From contig JAYPPX010000001.1 of assembly GCA_038131735.1 (NCBI GenBank), positions 384,594 to 448,593 on the forward strand: a stretch of DNA of 64,000 nucleotides, given 5' to 3'. The stretch is from Hyphomicrobiales bacterium (lineage in GTDB: Bacteria; Pseudomonadota; Alphaproteobacteria; Rhizobiales; TMED25). Under the pieces are notes generated by a model that saw only the letters and a list, made by a program, of their open reading frames with translations, was not told where the DNA came from and made no database searches. This document shows, piece after piece, positions 53,487-64,000 of the stretch; the stretch's first letter is position 1; every line of letters begins with the position of its first letter. A program made the position numbers and the translations under genes.

Positions 53487-54104
53487 ATGACAAAGAGAAT
53501 AAATGCCAAGTATAAAATTGATAGAAGACTTGGTGAAAACATCTGGGGCAGGCCAAAGAGCCCCGTCAATAGAAGAAGTTACGCACCAGGTGAACACGGT
53601 CAAAGGAGGCAAGGAAAGCCATCTGACTATGGATTACAACTTAGAGCCAAGCAAAAATTAAAAGGTTATTACGGTAATTTAACCGAGAAGCAATTCAAAG
53701 CTTGTTACAGGGAAGCTGTAAGAGTTAAAGGTGATACAGGAGAGAATCTCATTGGTCTGCTTGAGCGTAGATTGGACGCAGTAATATATAGAGCTAAAAT
53801 AGTCCCAACTGTCTTTGCTGCAAGACAATTTGTTAATCACGGTCATGTAACTGTTAACGGTAAAAAAACAAATATTGGAAGCTATAGATTAAAAATTGGT
53901 GATGTTGTTGAGGTTAGAGAAAAATCAAGAACCATTCCAATGGTGTTGCAATCTATTGAGAGTCAGGAAAGAGATATACCGGAATATATTGAATTCGACC
54001 AAAATAGCTTCAAAATTACAATTAAAAGAGTACCAAACTTAGACGATGTGCCTTATCCGGTTCAAATGGAACCAAATTTGGTGATCGAGTTCTATTCAAG
54101 ATAA
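53487..54104 (+). CDS. rpsD: 30S ribosomal protein S4
   Basis: [26 protein letters not shown]... and the S4 domain ([31 protein letters not shown]). The SD GGAGGA lies 6 nt before the ATG at 53487. The track start at 53451 is an upstream in-frame TTG. Confidence 0.95.
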   Translation: MTKRINAKYKIDRRLGENIWGRPKSPVNRRSYAPGEHGQRRQGKPSDYGLQLRAKQKLKGYYGNLTEKQFKACYREAVRVKGDTGENLIGLLERRLDAVIYRAKIVPTVFAARQFVNHGHVTVNGKKTNIGSYRLKIGDVVEVREKSRTIPMVLQSIESQERDIPEYIEFDQNSFKITIKRVPNLDDVPYPVQMEPNLVIEFYSR

Positions 54105-54434
54105 TTAGTTTGTCTTAATACCTTTGTCGGCAAAGAATTGTTTTAGTTCGTTTTCTTCAAACATTTCTCTGACAATATCTGCGCCGCCAACGAACTCATT
54201 TTTTACATACAATTGAGGTATGGTCGGCCAATTTGTAAATTCTTTAATTCCGTTTCTTACATTTTCATCTTCTAAGACATTTATAGAAGAAAATTCAACT
54301 TCCAGATAGTTAAGTATTTGAACTACTTGGTTTGAAAAACCACATTGTGGCATTTCAGGGGTTCCTTTCATGAATAAAACTACATCAGAAGAAGTTATTT
54401 TATTGCTAATCCATGTATTAATATCTTGGTCCAT
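54105..54434 (-). CDS. grxD: Monothiol glutaredoxin (Grx4/GrxD type)
   Basis: The CGFS active site (PQCGFSNQV) and WPTIPQLYV. I prefer the start at 54434 (MDQDINTW...), since the track start lies inside bolA. Confidence 0.9.
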   Translation of the reverse strand: MDQDINTWISNKITSSDVVLFMKGTPEMPQCGFSNQVVQILNYLEVEFSSINVLEDENVRNGIKEFTNWPTIPQLYVKNEFVGGADIVREMFEENELKQFFADKGIKTN

Positions 54435-54444
54435 TTTGTCCTCG

Positions 54445-54675
54445 TTAAATTGAAATAGTTTTGATTTGTAGTGCATGTAAGATTGTTCCCATTTTATCTT
54501 GCAGAGCACTATAGACGATTTGGTGTTGTTCAAGGCGTGATTTATTTCTAAATTGTTCTGATTTGATCGTTATTGAATAGTGATTATCATCACCAGCAAG
54601 ATCTTTTATCTCTATAATTGCATCAGGAAGAGCATTTTGTACTAATGTTTGAAGCTCGGATAATTTCATACTCAT
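54445..54675 (-). CDS. BolA-family protein
   Basis: A 76-aa protein with the ...GDDNHYSITIKSEQFRNKSRLEQHQIVYSAL... BolA pattern, adjacent to the monothiol Grx. Confidence 0.85.
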   Translation of the reverse strand: MSMKLSELQTLVQNALPDAIIEIKDLAGDDNHYSITIKSEQFRNKSRLEQHQIVYSALQDKMGTILHALQIKTISI

Positions 54676-54685
54676 AATGTTACCT

Positions 54686-56866
54686 TCAACTTGCCATTAA
54701 CTCAGGAATTAAATTTTCAAATGCTTTCGTTAATTCTCTTAAAGATATAACTATTTTATCATTCACTTTCAATTCATTCCCTGTAATATTTCCTAAGTGA
54801 TGATATTCAATCGAAGCATTACTTAGTATTTCAAACATCTTATCTTGGTTATTTGATGAAACAGAAATAATATATCTTGATTGATTCTCAGCAAATAATT
54901 CTTCTAAGATATCACCATTGTTTGCGATATTTATATCAGCGCCGATATTTGATTTAATTAATAACTCACAAATCGAAATTATTAAGCCGCCATCTGAAAT
55001 ATCATGGCAACTAGATAGTAACTGATCATTGATGAGTTTTTTCACGATCTCACCATTTATTTTTTCAGTTTTAAGATTTACATCAGGAGGATCTTCTGTG
55101 GTTCTTTCCATAATAACTTCTTCAAAGGCAGAACAACTTAAATTTTTACCTTTGTTTCCTATTAAGAAAACTTGATCACCCTCATACATATGTCCAAATT
55201 TTTCTAGAAAACTAATGTCATTAATTAAACCCACACCTCCAATAGTTGGCGTGTTGTTAATTGCCTTACCATTAGTCTCATTGTAGAGGGAGACATTACC
55301 TGAAACAACTGGGAAATTAAGTTCTTTTGATGCTTCTGTGATACCTTCAATGGTTTTTACAAAATCATACATAATTTCAGGTTTTTCTGGATTACCAAAA
55401 TTCAAGCAGTTAGTTATTGCAAGAGGTTCTGCACCCATAGAAATTATGTTCCTCCAGCATTCAGCAACTGCTTGTTTGGCGCCTTTCTTTGCATCTGCTG
55501 TACAATATTTTGGATTAACATCAGATGACATTGCAATTGCTTTTTTTGTTCCCTCAATTCTAACAATTCCAGCATCATCTCCTGCTGGATTCAATGTATT
55601 TGCCATGATTGATCTATCATATTGCTCCCATATCCATTTTTTAGAGCATATATTTGGCGAATTTAATAGCTTTAGTATGGCATCTTTAATATCAATATCC
55701 TGATTAATCTTTGCAGTGGATCTTTGTTTTCGGTTTCGCTGTGATATATCTCTTTTGTATATTGGTGCACTATCAGTTAAATAGGTTATCGGAATATTAG
55801 CCTCTACCTTATTATTATGTTTAACAACTAAATTGTTTGTGTCCGTAATTTGACCAACAATCTCAAAATCGACCCCCCATTTTTCAAAAACTTCTTTTGC
55901 TAGCTGAGTTTTTTCTGGTGTTAATACCATAAGCATTCTTTCTTGGCTCTCAGACAACATCATTTCATACGCAGTCATGTTTTGTTGTCTGGTTGGTATT
56001 TTATCCAAATTTAATTCAATTCCAACTTGGCCTTTGTCAGCCATTTCAACGGAAGATGATGTCAAACCAGCCGCGCCCATATCCTGTATTGAAACAATTG
56101 CATCTTCTTGCATTAATTCCAGACATGCTTCTAATAGCAGTTTTTCTGCGTATGGATCACCCACTTGAACTGTTGGTCTATTTTTTTCTGATTCATCATC
56201 AAATTCACCAGATGCCATTGTGGCTCCGTGTATCCCATCACGCCCCGTTTTTGCTCCTACGTAGACCACTGGATTTCCAATTCCAGATGCCTTGGAATAA
56301 AAGATTTTATCATGGGTGGTTAATCCTACACACATTGCATTTACAAGATTATTCCCATTATAAGAGCTGTCAAAACCTGTTTCACCAGATATAGTTGGTA
56401 TACCTACACAATTTCCATAGCCACCGATACCACCAACAACTCCGGATAATAAATACTTTGTCTTTGGGTGATTTATTTCGCCAAAACGCAGAGAGTTTAA
56501 TAATGCAATAGGTCTTGCTCCCATTGTAAAAACATCTCTCATAATACCACCAACACCTGTTGCTGCACCTTGATAAGGCTCAATGAATGAGGGGTGATTA
56601 TGACTCTCCATCTTAAAAATGACTGCTTGATTGTCTCCAATGTCAACGACACCAGCATTTTCCCCTGGGCCTTGGATAACTTGCTTACCTGAGGTGTGTA
56701 ATTCTTTGAGCCAATATCTTGATGATTTATAAGAACAATGTTCAGACCACATCACGGAAAAAATTCCAATTTCGGTAATAGTTGGTTCTCTACCTAAAGA
56801 CTCAAGAAGTAACTTCTTTTCGTCTTCGTTTATACCATGTGATTGATAAATATCGTTATCTGGCAT
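54686..56866 (-). CDS. purL: Phosphoribosylformylglycinamidine synthase subunit PurL
   Basis: A 726-aa FGAM synthase II with [15 protein letters not shown] and [11 protein letters not shown]. Confidence 0.95.
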   Translation of the reverse strand: MPDNDIYQSHGINEDEKKLLLESLGREPTITEIGIFSVMWSEHCSYKSSRYWLKELHTSGKQVIQGPGENAGVVDIGDNQAVIFKMESHNHPSFIEPYQGAATGVGGIMRDVFTMGARPIALLNSLRFGEINHPKTKYLLSGVVGGIGGYGNCVGIPTISGETGFDSSYNGNNLVNAMCVGLTTHDKIFYSKASGIGNPVVYVGAKTGRDGIHGATMASGEFDDESEKNRPTVQVGDPYAEKLLLEACLELMQEDAIVSIQDMGAAGLTSSSVEMADKGQVGIELNLDKIPTRQQNMTAYEMMLSESQERMLMVLTPEKTQLAKEVFEKWGVDFEIVGQITDTNNLVVKHNNKVEANIPITYLTDSAPIYKRDISQRNRKQRSTAKINQDIDIKDAILKLLNSPNICSKKWIWEQYDRSIMANTLNPAGDDAGIVRIEGTKKAIAMSSDVNPKYCTADAKKGAKQAVAECWRNIISMGAEPLAITNCLNFGNPEKPEIMYDFVKTIEGITEASKELNFPVVSGNVSLYNETNGKAINNTPTIGGVGLINDISFLEKFGHMYEGDQVFLIGNKGKNLSCSAFEEVIMERTTEDPPDVNLKTEKINGEIVKKLINDQLLSSCHDISDGGLIISICELLIKSNIGADINIANNGDILEELFAENQSRYIISVSSNNQDKMFEILSNASIEYHHLGNITGNELKVNDKIVISLRELTKAFENLIPELMAS

Positions 56867-57531
56867 TATAAACTCATACTTTTAAACATTGATTGGAATA
56901 ATCTAATGCCGTCATCTGTTCCTGTTTGAGTGTCAATTGCTCTTTCGGGATGAGGCATCATGCCCAAGATATTAAATTTATCATTATACAGTCCTGCAAT
57001 GTTATTTAATGAACCATTGATTGGCTCGGCATACCGCATAGCAACCTGTTCGTTCTGCTCAATTTTTTTGAGTGTATCTTGATCTACAAAATAGTTACCA
57101 TCATGGTGTGCCACAGGAATTTTTACAGATTGATTTTTGTCATAATCTTTTGAGAAGAATGTATCGTTTCTTGTGATTTGGATGTTAGTAATTTTGGAAA
57201 TAAATTTTAAGGTATTATTTTTCAATAGAGCCCCGGGAAGAAGATTACATTCAGTTAAGATTTGAAAGCCATTGCATATTCCAAGTATATTTACACCATT
57301 TTTAGCTTTTTTAATTAAATCACTCATGATTGGCTCTCTTGCAGCAATAGCCCCAGATCTTAGGTAATCTCCATAAGAAAAACCACCAGGTATTATTATT
57401 AGGTCAGATTTTGGAATAGATGTATCTTTGCATGAGAGTATTTTTGAGGTTATACCTAGTACTTTTTTAACAGCATTATAGGTATCTACTTCACAATTTG
57501 TCCCTGGGAAACGTATGATCGAGATTTCCAT
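56866..57531 (-). CDS. purQ: Phosphoribosylformylglycinamidine synthase, glutaminase subunit PurQ
   Basis: A class I GATase with GICNGFQIL and MMPHPER. Confidence 0.95.
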   Translation of the reverse strand: MEISIIRFPGTNCEVDTYNAVKKVLGITSKILSCKDTSIPKSDLIIIPGGFSYGDYLRSGAIAAREPIMSDLIKKAKNGVNILGICNGFQILTECNLLPGALLKNNTLKFISKITNIQITRNDTFFSKDYDKNQSVKIPVAHHDGNYFVDQDTLKKIEQNEQVAMRYAEPINGSLNNIAGLYNDKFNILGMMPHPERAIDTQTGTDDGIRLFQSMFKSMSL

Positions 57532-57532
57532 T

Positions 57533-57778
57533 TTATTCTATTTCTATTTTGTAATCTTCAATCACCGTATTTGCTAGAAGTTTTATCGTAATATTTTCAA
57601 TACTTTTCTTAGCTTCTTCAACATTTTTGGCTTCAATATCCATTTCAATAAGTTTACCTTGGCGGATATTTTTAATATTATTTTCGTTTAGATTTTTTAA
57701 AGAGCTTTCTATTGCTTGTCCCTGTGGATCAAGAACCTCACTTTTTAGTCTTATAAATACCCTAGCTTTCATTATCAT
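57533..57778 (-). CDS. purS: Phosphoribosylformylglycinamidine synthase subunit PurS
   Basis: An 81-aa protein with the [12 protein letters not shown] pattern, positioned between purC and purQ. Confidence 0.9.
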   Translation of the reverse strand: MIMKARVFIRLKSEVLDPQGQAIESSLKNLNENNIKNIRQGKLIEMDIEAKNVEEAKKSIENITIKLLANTVIEDYKIEIE

Positions 57779-58539
57779 CCTTTAACTAGTGTTGGTTTGC
57801 TATTTTTTGAAGCTTTATTTTCAGTTAATAATCCCATCCTTTTTGCCACTTCATTGTAGCCATCTAAAAGATAGCCAGAATTTTCTCTGAAAACATCTTT
57901 ATCTAGTTTTTTCTTTGTTTCAAAGTCCCATAGTCTGCAAGAGTCAGGGCTAATCTCATCTGCCAGAACAATATACATCTCGTCATTTTTATACATTCTG
58001 CCAAACTCAATTTTGAAGTCTATTAATTCAATCTTAAGTGCAGAGAAATAACCAACAAGAAAATCATTAATTCTCAGCGCAAGAGAAGAGATCTCATCAA
58101 GTTCATTTTGGTTTGCCCATCCGAATGTTAAGATGTGTTCTTCACTTACAAGAGGGTCTTTTAAGATATCGTCTTTAAAATAGTACTCAATTAGTGTTCT
58201 GCTTAATTTTTCACCACTTTTAATTCCTAATCTTTTTGTTAATGATCCAGCCGCTATATTTCTAATAACAACTTCAAGTGGAATAATTTCAACTTCATGT
58301 ATTAATTGCTCGCGCATGTTAAGTCTTTTGATGAAGTGATGAGGTATATCTATGGATGATAATAATGTAAATAAGTGTTCTGATATTCTGTTATTAATTA
58401 CACCTTTACCCTCAAAAATTTCCATTTTTTCGTTATTGTTTGCAGTGGCATCATCTTTGAAGTGTTGAATAAGCGTCCCTGGTTCTGGACCTTTGTAAAG
58501 TATCTTTGCTTTGCCTTCATATAATTTGTTTTTTTTCAT
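57775..58539 (-). CDS. purC: Phosphoribosylaminoimidazole-succinocarboxamide (SAICAR) synthase
   Basis: [21 protein letters not shown] and the [14 protein letters not shown] pattern. Confidence 0.95.
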   Translation of the reverse strand: MKKNKLYEGKAKILYKGPEPGTLIQHFKDDATANNNEKMEIFEGKGVINNRISEHLFTLLSSIDIPHHFIKRLNMREQLIHEVEIIPLEVVIRNIAAGSLTKRLGIKSGEKLSRTLIEYYFKDDILKDPLVSEEHILTFGWANQNELDEISSLALRINDFLVGYFSALKIELIDFKIEFGRMYKNDEMYIVLADEISPDSCRLWDFETKKKLDKDVFRENSGYLLDGYNEVAKRMGLLTENKASKNSKPTLVKG

Positions 58540-58555
58540 CTATATTATCCAATGA

Positions 58556-59866
58556 TTATTTGCTTGCGAAAACTTTGTCAAAAATGTAATCGACATTTTT
58601 CAAGTGGTATTCAAGAGAAAATAGATCTGAAATTTCTTCTCCTGTTAACAACTTTGATATCTCGGGATCAGACTCAATTATTTTTTGAAAATCAGTTTGT
58701 TTTTCCCAAGAAACAGCTGCATTCCTCTGGACAAGCTCGTAACTAGCTTCTCTACTTAGACCTTTTTGAGTTAAAAGTAGCAATATTCTTTGTGAATAAA
58801 TTAATCCATTCAGCTTATTAAGGTTTGCTGTGATATTCTCTTTGTTTACACCTATATTTTTGATTACATTTGTAAGCCTTGCTAATGCAAAATCAATCAA
58901 GGTTGTTGTATCAGGTGCTATTACTCGTTCTACTGATGAATGCGAAATATCTCGTTCATGCCAAAGAGCTATGTTTTCCAGTGATGGTATAACACTACTT
59001 CTAATTAATCTTGAGATACCAGTTAAGTTCTCTGTGAGTACAGGATTTCTCTTATGTGGCATTGCAGAGGAACCTTTTTGTCCTTTTTGAAATTGTTCTG
59101 ACATTTCATCTACTTCAGTTCGTTGCAAATGCCTTATTTCAGTTGATAGTCTCTCAATTGAGCCTGCAATGATACCCAGAACAGAAAAGAAATATGCAAA
59201 TCTATCTCTGGGAATTACCTGTGTTGAAATTGTTTCACTTGATAAACCAAGTTTATTTGCTACATAGTTCTCAACTGATGGGTCTATGTTTGCGAATGTA
59301 CCAACAGCACCTGATATTGCGCAAATTGATATCTCTTTTTCTGCGCTTATCATTCTATCTTTTGCTCTTGAAAATTCAGCATATGCCTGAGCAAATTTTA
59401 ACCCTATTGTTGTAGGCTCCGCGTGAATACCATGGCTTCTTCCGATTGTTGGTAGATATTTATGTTCATGAGCTTTTATAGACAGTTCATTAAGAAGATT
59501 ATCTAAATTATCAATTATTAACTTAGACGCTCTTTTGAGTTGGATGCACAAACTGGTATCGAGTAAGTCTGAGGATGTCATTCCTTGATGTAAATAACGA
59601 GCATTTTTTTCACCTATTGTCTCAGATATGAATGTCAGAAATGCAATTACATCATGTTGGGTTTTCTTTTCAATTTCTAATATTCTTTTTGTATCAAATT
59701 GAATATTTCGTGTTTTTTCTTTTATTTTATCTGTTAGACCTTTTTCAATCAGACCATTTTTTTCCAGTGCTTCGTGTGCGCTTATTTCAATGTCTAACCA
59801 AATAGAAAACTTTGTCTGATCAGACCAGATGTCTGTCATAATTTTTCTAGAATACCTATCTATCAT
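58556..59866 (-). CDS. purB: Adenylosuccinate lyase
   Basis: Fumarate-lyase signature GSSAMPHKRNP. Length is 436 aa. Confidence 0.95.
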   Translation of the reverse strand: MIDRYSRKIMTDIWSDQTKFSIWLDIEISAHEALEKNGLIEKGLTDKIKEKTRNIQFDTKRILEIEKKTQHDVIAFLTFISETIGEKNARYLHQGMTSSDLLDTSLCIQLKRASKLIIDNLDNLLNELSIKAHEHKYLPTIGRSHGIHAEPTTIGLKFAQAYAEFSRAKDRMISAEKEISICAISGAVGTFANIDPSVENYVANKLGLSSETISTQVIPRDRFAYFFSVLGIIAGSIERLSTEIRHLQRTEVDEMSEQFQKGQKGSSAMPHKRNPVLTENLTGISRLIRSSVIPSLENIALWHERDISHSSVERVIAPDTTTLIDFALARLTNVIKNIGVNKENITANLNKLNGLIYSQRILLLLTQKGLSREASYELVQRNAAVSWEKQTDFQKIIESDPEISKLLTGEEISDLFSLEYHLKNVDYIFDKVFASK

Positions 59867-60009
59867 TTTTTTATTAAACTATTATCGTATGTGTATATTT
59901 TAGATATTATATAAAAGTTAGTTTTTTTGTATTATTTTTTTTAATTATACAAAAAGAATTCTTGAGTTTTTTATTCAAATAATAATAATGTAACAAGGTT
60001 GGAGATTAA

Positions 60010-60594
60010 ATGAAACTTAATGGTGAAAATATAATTCAGGCACCGCGAATGCAAGTATGGGAAGCTCTGAATAGTGCGGATGTATTAAAAGCGACAATAC
60101 CTGGTGCACAAAGCGTGGAACAAACCTCTGCGGATGAATTTGAAGCAACTGTTGAGATAAAAATTGGTCCTGTTAAAGCCAAGTTTAAAGGTAAGATCAA
60201 TTTGTCAGATATAGATCCACCAAATGGCTATAAGATTACCGGTCAAGGATCTGGTGGCGCTGCAGGTTTTGCAAAAGGTTCAGCGGTTGTAAATTTAACA
60301 GATAGCGATGCTAATACAACAAAGTTGGTATACGATGTTGATGCTCAGGTGGGAGGTAAGCTTGCTCAAGTAGGGCAAAGGTTGATCCAAAGTGCTTCAA
60401 AGACATTAGCTGATCAATTCTTCAATAATCTAGAAAATTACTTTAATTCATCAACAAACTCTGATGATTTATCGAAGGCAGTAGAAATGGATATTAAACA
60501 AAATAATGGTGGTTTGTTCGCAACTAGAAAAAATAAGATAATATTTGCAATCATTGTATTTGTTTTATCATTCCTGTATTTTTATAACAAATAA
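60010..60594 (+). CDS. coxG: CoxG-like SRPBCC protein with a C-terminal membrane anchor
   Basis: The pattern [23 protein letters not shown]...GPVKAKFKG...GGKLAQVG matches CoxG. The C-terminal TM helix is [16 protein letters not shown]. Confidence 0.8.
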   Translation: MKLNGENIIQAPRMQVWEALNSADVLKATIPGAQSVEQTSADEFEATVEIKIGPVKAKFKGKINLSDIDPPNGYKITGQGSGGAAGFAKGSAVVNLTDSDANTTKLVYDVDAQVGGKLAQVGQRLIQSASKTLADQFFNNLENYFNSSTNSDDLSKAVEMDIKQNNGGLFATRKNKIIFAIIVFVLSFLYFYNK

Positions 60595-60611
60595 GCTTAG
60601 GGATCGAATTA

Positions 60612-61067
60612 ATGGCAAAAATAGATATCAAGATTAATGGTAAAGGATACTCAGAGACTATTGATGACAACATCTTATTGGTTGATTTCTTACGTGAAAA
60701 GGTTGGTCTTACTGGGACACACGTTGGTTGTGACACAAGTCAATGCGGAGCATGTGTTGTTCACGTTAATGGTGACTCTGTAAAAAGTTGCACCACATTA
60801 GCAATGCAAGTAAATGGCAAAGATATTACAACTATAGAAGGGCTTTCAAATGGTGATAATTTACATCCAATACAAAAAGCTTTTCAAAATAATCATGCTC
60901 TTCAATGTGGTTTTTGTACTCCAGGATTAGTAATGAGTGCTGTTGATCTTTTGCAAAAAAACAAAAATCCATCCGAAGATGAAATCAGGGAATGGTTTGA
61001 AGGACATATATGTAGATGTACTGGTTACAAAAATATTATCAAAGCGGTTCAGGAAGCAATTGCCTAA
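60612..61067 (+). CDS. coxS: Molybdo-flavoenzyme (CODH/xanthine-dehydrogenase family) small [2Fe-2S] subunit
   Basis: [12 protein letters not shown]...SC and QCGFCTPG...CRCTGY motifs. Confidence 0.9.
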   Translation: MAKIDIKINGKGYSETIDDNILLVDFLREKVGLTGTHVGCDTSQCGACVVHVNGDSVKSCTTLAMQVNGKDITTIEGLSNGDNLHPIQKAFQNNHALQCGFCTPGLVMSAVDLLQKNKNPSEDEIREWFEGHICRCTGYKNIIKAVQEAIA

Positions 61068-61089
61068 AACATTATAGATAGGACAAAAA

Positions 61090-61884
61090 ATGTATAATTT
61101 TAAATTTCACAAAGTTGATAAAATAGAGGATGCCGTTGCAATATTATCCTCGGCAGAGGATCCAAAGATACTATCAGGTGGACATACATTAATACCAACA
61201 CTTAAACAAAGGCTTTCCCAGCCAACTGATGTAATAGATATATCTAATATTGATGGTTTGAAATCAATAAAAAATAATGGTGATGCGATCACCATCGGCG
61301 CACTATGCACTCATAGCCAAGTTGCAGCATCTATGGATGTGCAAAGTGAAATAGTTGGTTTAGCATCAATGGCTTCACAAATAGGGGATCCTCAAGTTAG
61401 GCATCGTGGAACGATAGGTGGGTCAATTGCTAATGCTGATCCAGCAGCTGATTATCCTGCGGCTGTTCTTGCATTAGATGCTCAAATTAATACTTCATCA
61501 AATTCATATAATTCTGATGATTTTTTTATTGATATGTTTGAAACGGCAATAAATTCCGATGAAATTATTACCAGTATTGATTTTAAAATTCCAAAAAAAT
61601 CTGTTTACAAAAAATTTAGAAATCCTGCATCAGGTTATGCCATGGCTGGAGTTTTCATAGCAATATACGAAAAAGGAATAAGAGTTGCAATAACTGGTGC
61701 ATCAACAACAGCTTTCAGATTACATGACTTAGAAAAGAAATTAGAAAATAATTTTAGTGTTGATGTATTAAATGATTTTAATGCTGATACAACTAACTAC
61801 AATAGTGATATTCATGCTTCAGCAAAATACAGGGGTAATCTCGTCAAGGTGTTGTTGGAAGAGGCAATAGCACAACTTGTTTAG
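61090..61884 (+). CDS. coxM: Molybdo-flavoenzyme medium FAD-binding subunit
   Basis: ILSGGHTLIPTLKQRL and GTIGGSIANADPAADYP, plus the C-terminal CO_deh_flav_C pattern. Confidence 0.9.
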   Translation: MYNFKFHKVDKIEDAVAILSSAEDPKILSGGHTLIPTLKQRLSQPTDVIDISNIDGLKSIKNNGDAITIGALCTHSQVAASMDVQSEIVGLASMASQIGDPQVRHRGTIGGSIANADPAADYPAAVLALDAQINTSSNSYNSDDFFIDMFETAINSDEIITSIDFKIPKKSVYKKFRNPASGYAMAGVFIAIYEKGIRVAITGASTTAFRLHDLEKKLENNFSVDVLNDFNADTTNYNSDIHASAKYRGNLVKVLLEEAIAQLV

Positions 61885-61944
61885 TGCTATTATCCTATTT
61901 TTATAGAAATACACCAAGGCCTATAATACATAAATGAGTGAATT

Positions 61945-62268
61945 ATGCTTTCTGATGATATAGATGTAATTAACATAGCTAATAACTGGAAGAAGAATGG
62001 TAAAAAAGTTGCATTAGCAACTGTCATTCAAACTTGGGGGTCAGCTCCAAGAGGAGTTGGTAGTAAATTAGTTATTGATCAAGATGGAAATTTTGAAGGT
62101 TCTGTTTCAGGTGGTTGTGTGGAAGGAGCTGTAATTAATGAGGCTATGGAACTGTTTGATGGTGGACGTCCGAAAGTTCTTGAATTCGGAGTTTCAAATG
62201 AGATGGCTTGGGAAGTTGGTTTAGCCTGTGGTGGTACGATAAAAATTTACATAAGTGAATTAAATTAA
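61945..62268 (+). CDS. XdhC/CoxI-family maturation protein, N-terminal-domain-only gene
   Basis: ALATVIQTWGSAPRGVGSKLVIDQDGNFEGSVSGGCVEGAV. Confidence 0.8.
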   Translation: MLSDDIDVINIANNWKKNGKKVALATVIQTWGSAPRGVGSKLVIDQDGNFEGSVSGGCVEGAVINEAMELFDGGRPKVLEFGVSNEMAWEVGLACGGTIKIYISELN

Positions 62269-62271
62269 GCT

Positions 62272-62946
62272 ATGCAAGAATCTAATCTAGAAAAAATATT
62301 AGAAAATCAGAAATTAAGAAAATCAGTTGTTTGTTTAACGAATATCGATACAGCAGAAGAAATTATTTTGCTCAAAGGAGAGAGTTCCAAAATTGAAGAT
62401 CTTGATCAAGAGATTTCCCAATGTATAAGGTTTGATATTAGTAAACTTGTTACCATAAACGGTAAAAACTATTTCATTGATGTTTATAATCCTCCATTAA
62501 AGTTAATTATTATTGGTGCAGTTCATATAGCTCAATATCTTGTCGATTTCGCTCAAAATTTGAGCTTTGATTGTAAATTAATTGATCCAAGAGAGGGGTT
62601 TGCGAACAGGGAGCGTTTTCCAAACACAGAAATCTATAATAATTGGCCAGATGAAGTCATGGAGAGTATGGATATAGATAATAGAACAGCAATTGTTACA
62701 CTAACGCATGATCCCAAAATTGATGATGTTGCTTTAGATTTTGTATTAAAGAAGAATTGTTTTTATATTGGTTCTCTGGGTTCAAAAAAAACACATGCAG
62801 CCAGAGTTGAGAGGTTATTGGCTAAGTTCTCTAACGAAGATATCCAAAAAATCCATGCTCCAATTGGTATTGATATCGGCGCCCGGTCTCCATCAGAGAT
62901 TGCCCTTTCAATAATTAGTGAAATTATTTTGTCATTAAGAAAATAA
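62272..62946 (+). CDS. XdhC-family maturation protein, Rossmann-like C-terminal-domain gene
   Basis: LIIIGAVHIAQYL...DPRE...THDPKIDD...YIGSLGSKKTHA...HAPIGIDIGA. Confidence 0.8.
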   Translation: MQESNLEKILENQKLRKSVVCLTNIDTAEEIILLKGESSKIEDLDQEISQCIRFDISKLVTINGKNYFIDVYNPPLKLIIIGAVHIAQYLVDFAQNLSFDCKLIDPREGFANRERFPNTEIYNNWPDEVMESMDIDNRTAIVTLTHDPKIDDVALDFVLKKNCFYIGSLGSKKTHAARVERLLAKFSNEDIQKIHAPIGIDIGARSPSEIALSIISEIILSLRK

Positions 62947-62956
62947 AAAATCTGTC

Positions 62957-64000
62957 ATGAAAATTGTGAAAAAAAATAGTGCTGAAACACTCGGCGATTT
63001 ATTAGCGCATTCTATCTTCTTAAAAGTTGGTCGTATAAGAAAAGGGAAAATCATCTCACAAGAAGATATTAATTTAATACTAAAAGATGGTATTGAAAAT
63101 ATATATGTGGGTGTATTTGATAATGACGATCTCGATGAAAACTTCGCATCCAAAAAAATTGCAGAAGCAATTTGTGTTGACGGAGTTGCTCTGTCACCAA
63201 CATATTCAGGGAAAACCAATATTACATCTAAATATGATGGTTTAATTGAAATAGATAAAGAAAAAGTTTTTGAGTTAAACCGACTATCAAACAATATTGC
63301 GGTTTCAACACTCAATAATCATGATATTGTTTATAATGGGGATCATATTCTTAGTGTTAAGATTATCTCATACGCAATAAATAAGGCTGATCTTGAGAAA
63401 ATCATTAACTTTCTCAATACAAATAAAATCATACAATTAAAGCCATTTAAATCACTAAAATTTGGAATAATTTATACTGAAAGTGTTAATGAGAAAAAAA
63501 ATATAATTGAAAAAACAAAGAAATCAATCAAATCTCGCGTTAGTGACTATAACTCGACTATTATGGATGAGATTATAGTTAATCATGATAAAGAAGCAAT
63601 CAAGCCAGCACTTGAAAAACAACTAACGATGGATATCGATTGCGTCCTATTTTTCTTATCTTCATCTGTTGCTGATGTCAGTGATGTCCTCCCTTCAATT
63701 ATTAGTGAATTGGGAGGAAATATAACATCATATGGAATGCCGCTTGATCCAGGAAACCTTACATTAAGCGGATATATCAGTAATCATAAAATTTTGGTAG
63801 CAGCCGGCTCAGCCAGGAGTGATGCATTAAATGGACTAGATTGGCACCTGAACTCACTCCATGCCGGTATTGAAATTGATCAGGATATGATTGACTCTTT
63901 AGGCGTAGGGGGGCTTTTAAAAGATATTGATTTTGCTGTTCGTAGAAAAAGAATTTCTAAGAATATAAATACTAAAAAAGCCAATATAGCTGCCATTGTT
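62957..64000 (+). CDS. Molybdopterin-binding (MoeA/MoCF-biosynthesis-domain-like) protein; the 3' end lies outside the window and probably continues into a MobA/MocA-like nucleotidyltransferase domain
   Basis: My own translation from the ATG at 62957 is open for 348 codons to the window end. It is absent from the track because no stop is reached. It contains YGMPLDPGNL, and the final residues ANIAAIV resemble the start of a MobA-like domain. Confidence 0.6.
   Translation, partial: MKIVKKNSAETLGDLLAHSIFLKVGRIRKGKIISQEDINLILKDGIENIYVGVFDNDDLDENFASKKIAEAICVDGVALSPTYSGKTNITSKYDGLIEIDKEKVFELNRLSNNIAVSTLNNHDIVYNGDHILSVKIISYAINKADLEKIINFLNTNKIIQLKPFKSLKFGIIYTESVNEKKNIIEKTKKSIKSRVSDYNSTIMDEIIVNHDKEAIKPALEKQLTMDIDCVLFFLSSSVADVSDVLPSIISELGGNITSYGMPLDPGNLTLSGYISNHKILVAAGSARSDALNGLDWHLNSLHAGIEIDQDMIDSLGVGGLLKDIDFAVRRKRISKNINTKKANIAAIV

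Noticed and set aside
62935-63315. A 126-aa minus-strand ORF after the XdhC genes.
   Set aside because: It is antisense to a much longer plus-strand frame (62957 to the window end, 348 codons without a stop) that has a MoCF-biosynthesis-like motif and fits the cox maturation context.
1-64000. I searched for CRISPR arrays, IS elements, transposases, integrases, phage genes, toxin-antitoxin pairs, restriction-modification or other defence systems, and rRNA genes.
   Set aside because: No ORF has recognisable motifs of these classes. No spacer longer than 230 nt exists, and no regularly spaced direct repeats were seen. The only tandem repeat is inside the znuA coding sequence.

Overview
This is an AT-rich (about 30% GC by eye, not computed) and extremely gene-dense window. 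It holds about 60 protein genes, one tRNA and no rRNA. I found no transposase, integrase, phage gene or CRISPR array. Gene overlaps of 4-11 nt are common, and three convergent gene pairs have stop codons only 0-1 nt apart. Content and synteny fit a streamlined marine alphaproteobacterium (Pelagibacterales-like). The supporting signals are recA-alaS, purB-purC-purS-purQ-purL-bolA-grx, znuA next to znuC-znuB-zur, a Cys-poor DksA, and an adrenodoxin-type Fdx with a TrxR-type FNR. That taxonomic placement is inference only.

Layout:
- 1-9.4 kb: housekeeping genes. These are the DAHP synthase 3' end, nadE, gltX, a TetR regulator, cysS, cimA, tRNA-Ser(CGA), an ABC-F ATPase and a LOG-family protein.
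- 9.4-22.8 kb: a LysM protein, then a 12-kb minus-strand block. The block holds a GltD-like/ferredoxin fusion, a two-subunit 2-oxoacid:ferredoxin oxidoreductase, a polar amino-acid ABC transporter, and an RND pump with its membrane-fusion protein.
- 23.0-33.8 kb: twelve enzyme genes with no regulator and no membrane transporter.
- 33.9-39.9 kb: a TPR protein, a fructosamine-kinase-like kinase, a dipeptide epimerase and an 847-aa membrane-anchored coiled-coil protein.
- 40-64 kb: fdx, fnr, dksA, a hybrid histidine kinase, recA, alaS, the zur/znu locus, two unknown genes, a TrmH-family methyltransferase, rpsD, grx, bolA, the pur genes, and a coxG-coxS-coxM-xdhC maturation cluster that runs off the window end.

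Main hunt results:
1. The 23-33.8 kb oxidoreductase-rich island has no obvious pathway assignment. It contains a DctP/TRAP binding-protein homologue that cannot carry a signal peptide.
2. An overlapping three-gene operon places the 2x[4Fe-4S] module, which the two-subunit OFOR lacks, on a GltD-like NAD(P)H flavoprotein.
3. Two genes are interrupted by frameshifts. The hybrid histidine kinase breaks exactly in a G6 run inside its H-box. The RND pump breaks at a non-homopolymeric site.
4. A mutationally decayed tRNA-Ser(UGA)-like relic abuts the LOG stop codon.
5. ZnuA carries an unusually long His/Asp loop of about 90 aa encoded by 63/63/81-nt tandem repeats, next to a clear Zur box.

I cannot name a single convincing 'new system'. 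The island and the OFOR operon are the best candidates, and both calls rest on domain-level recognition only.
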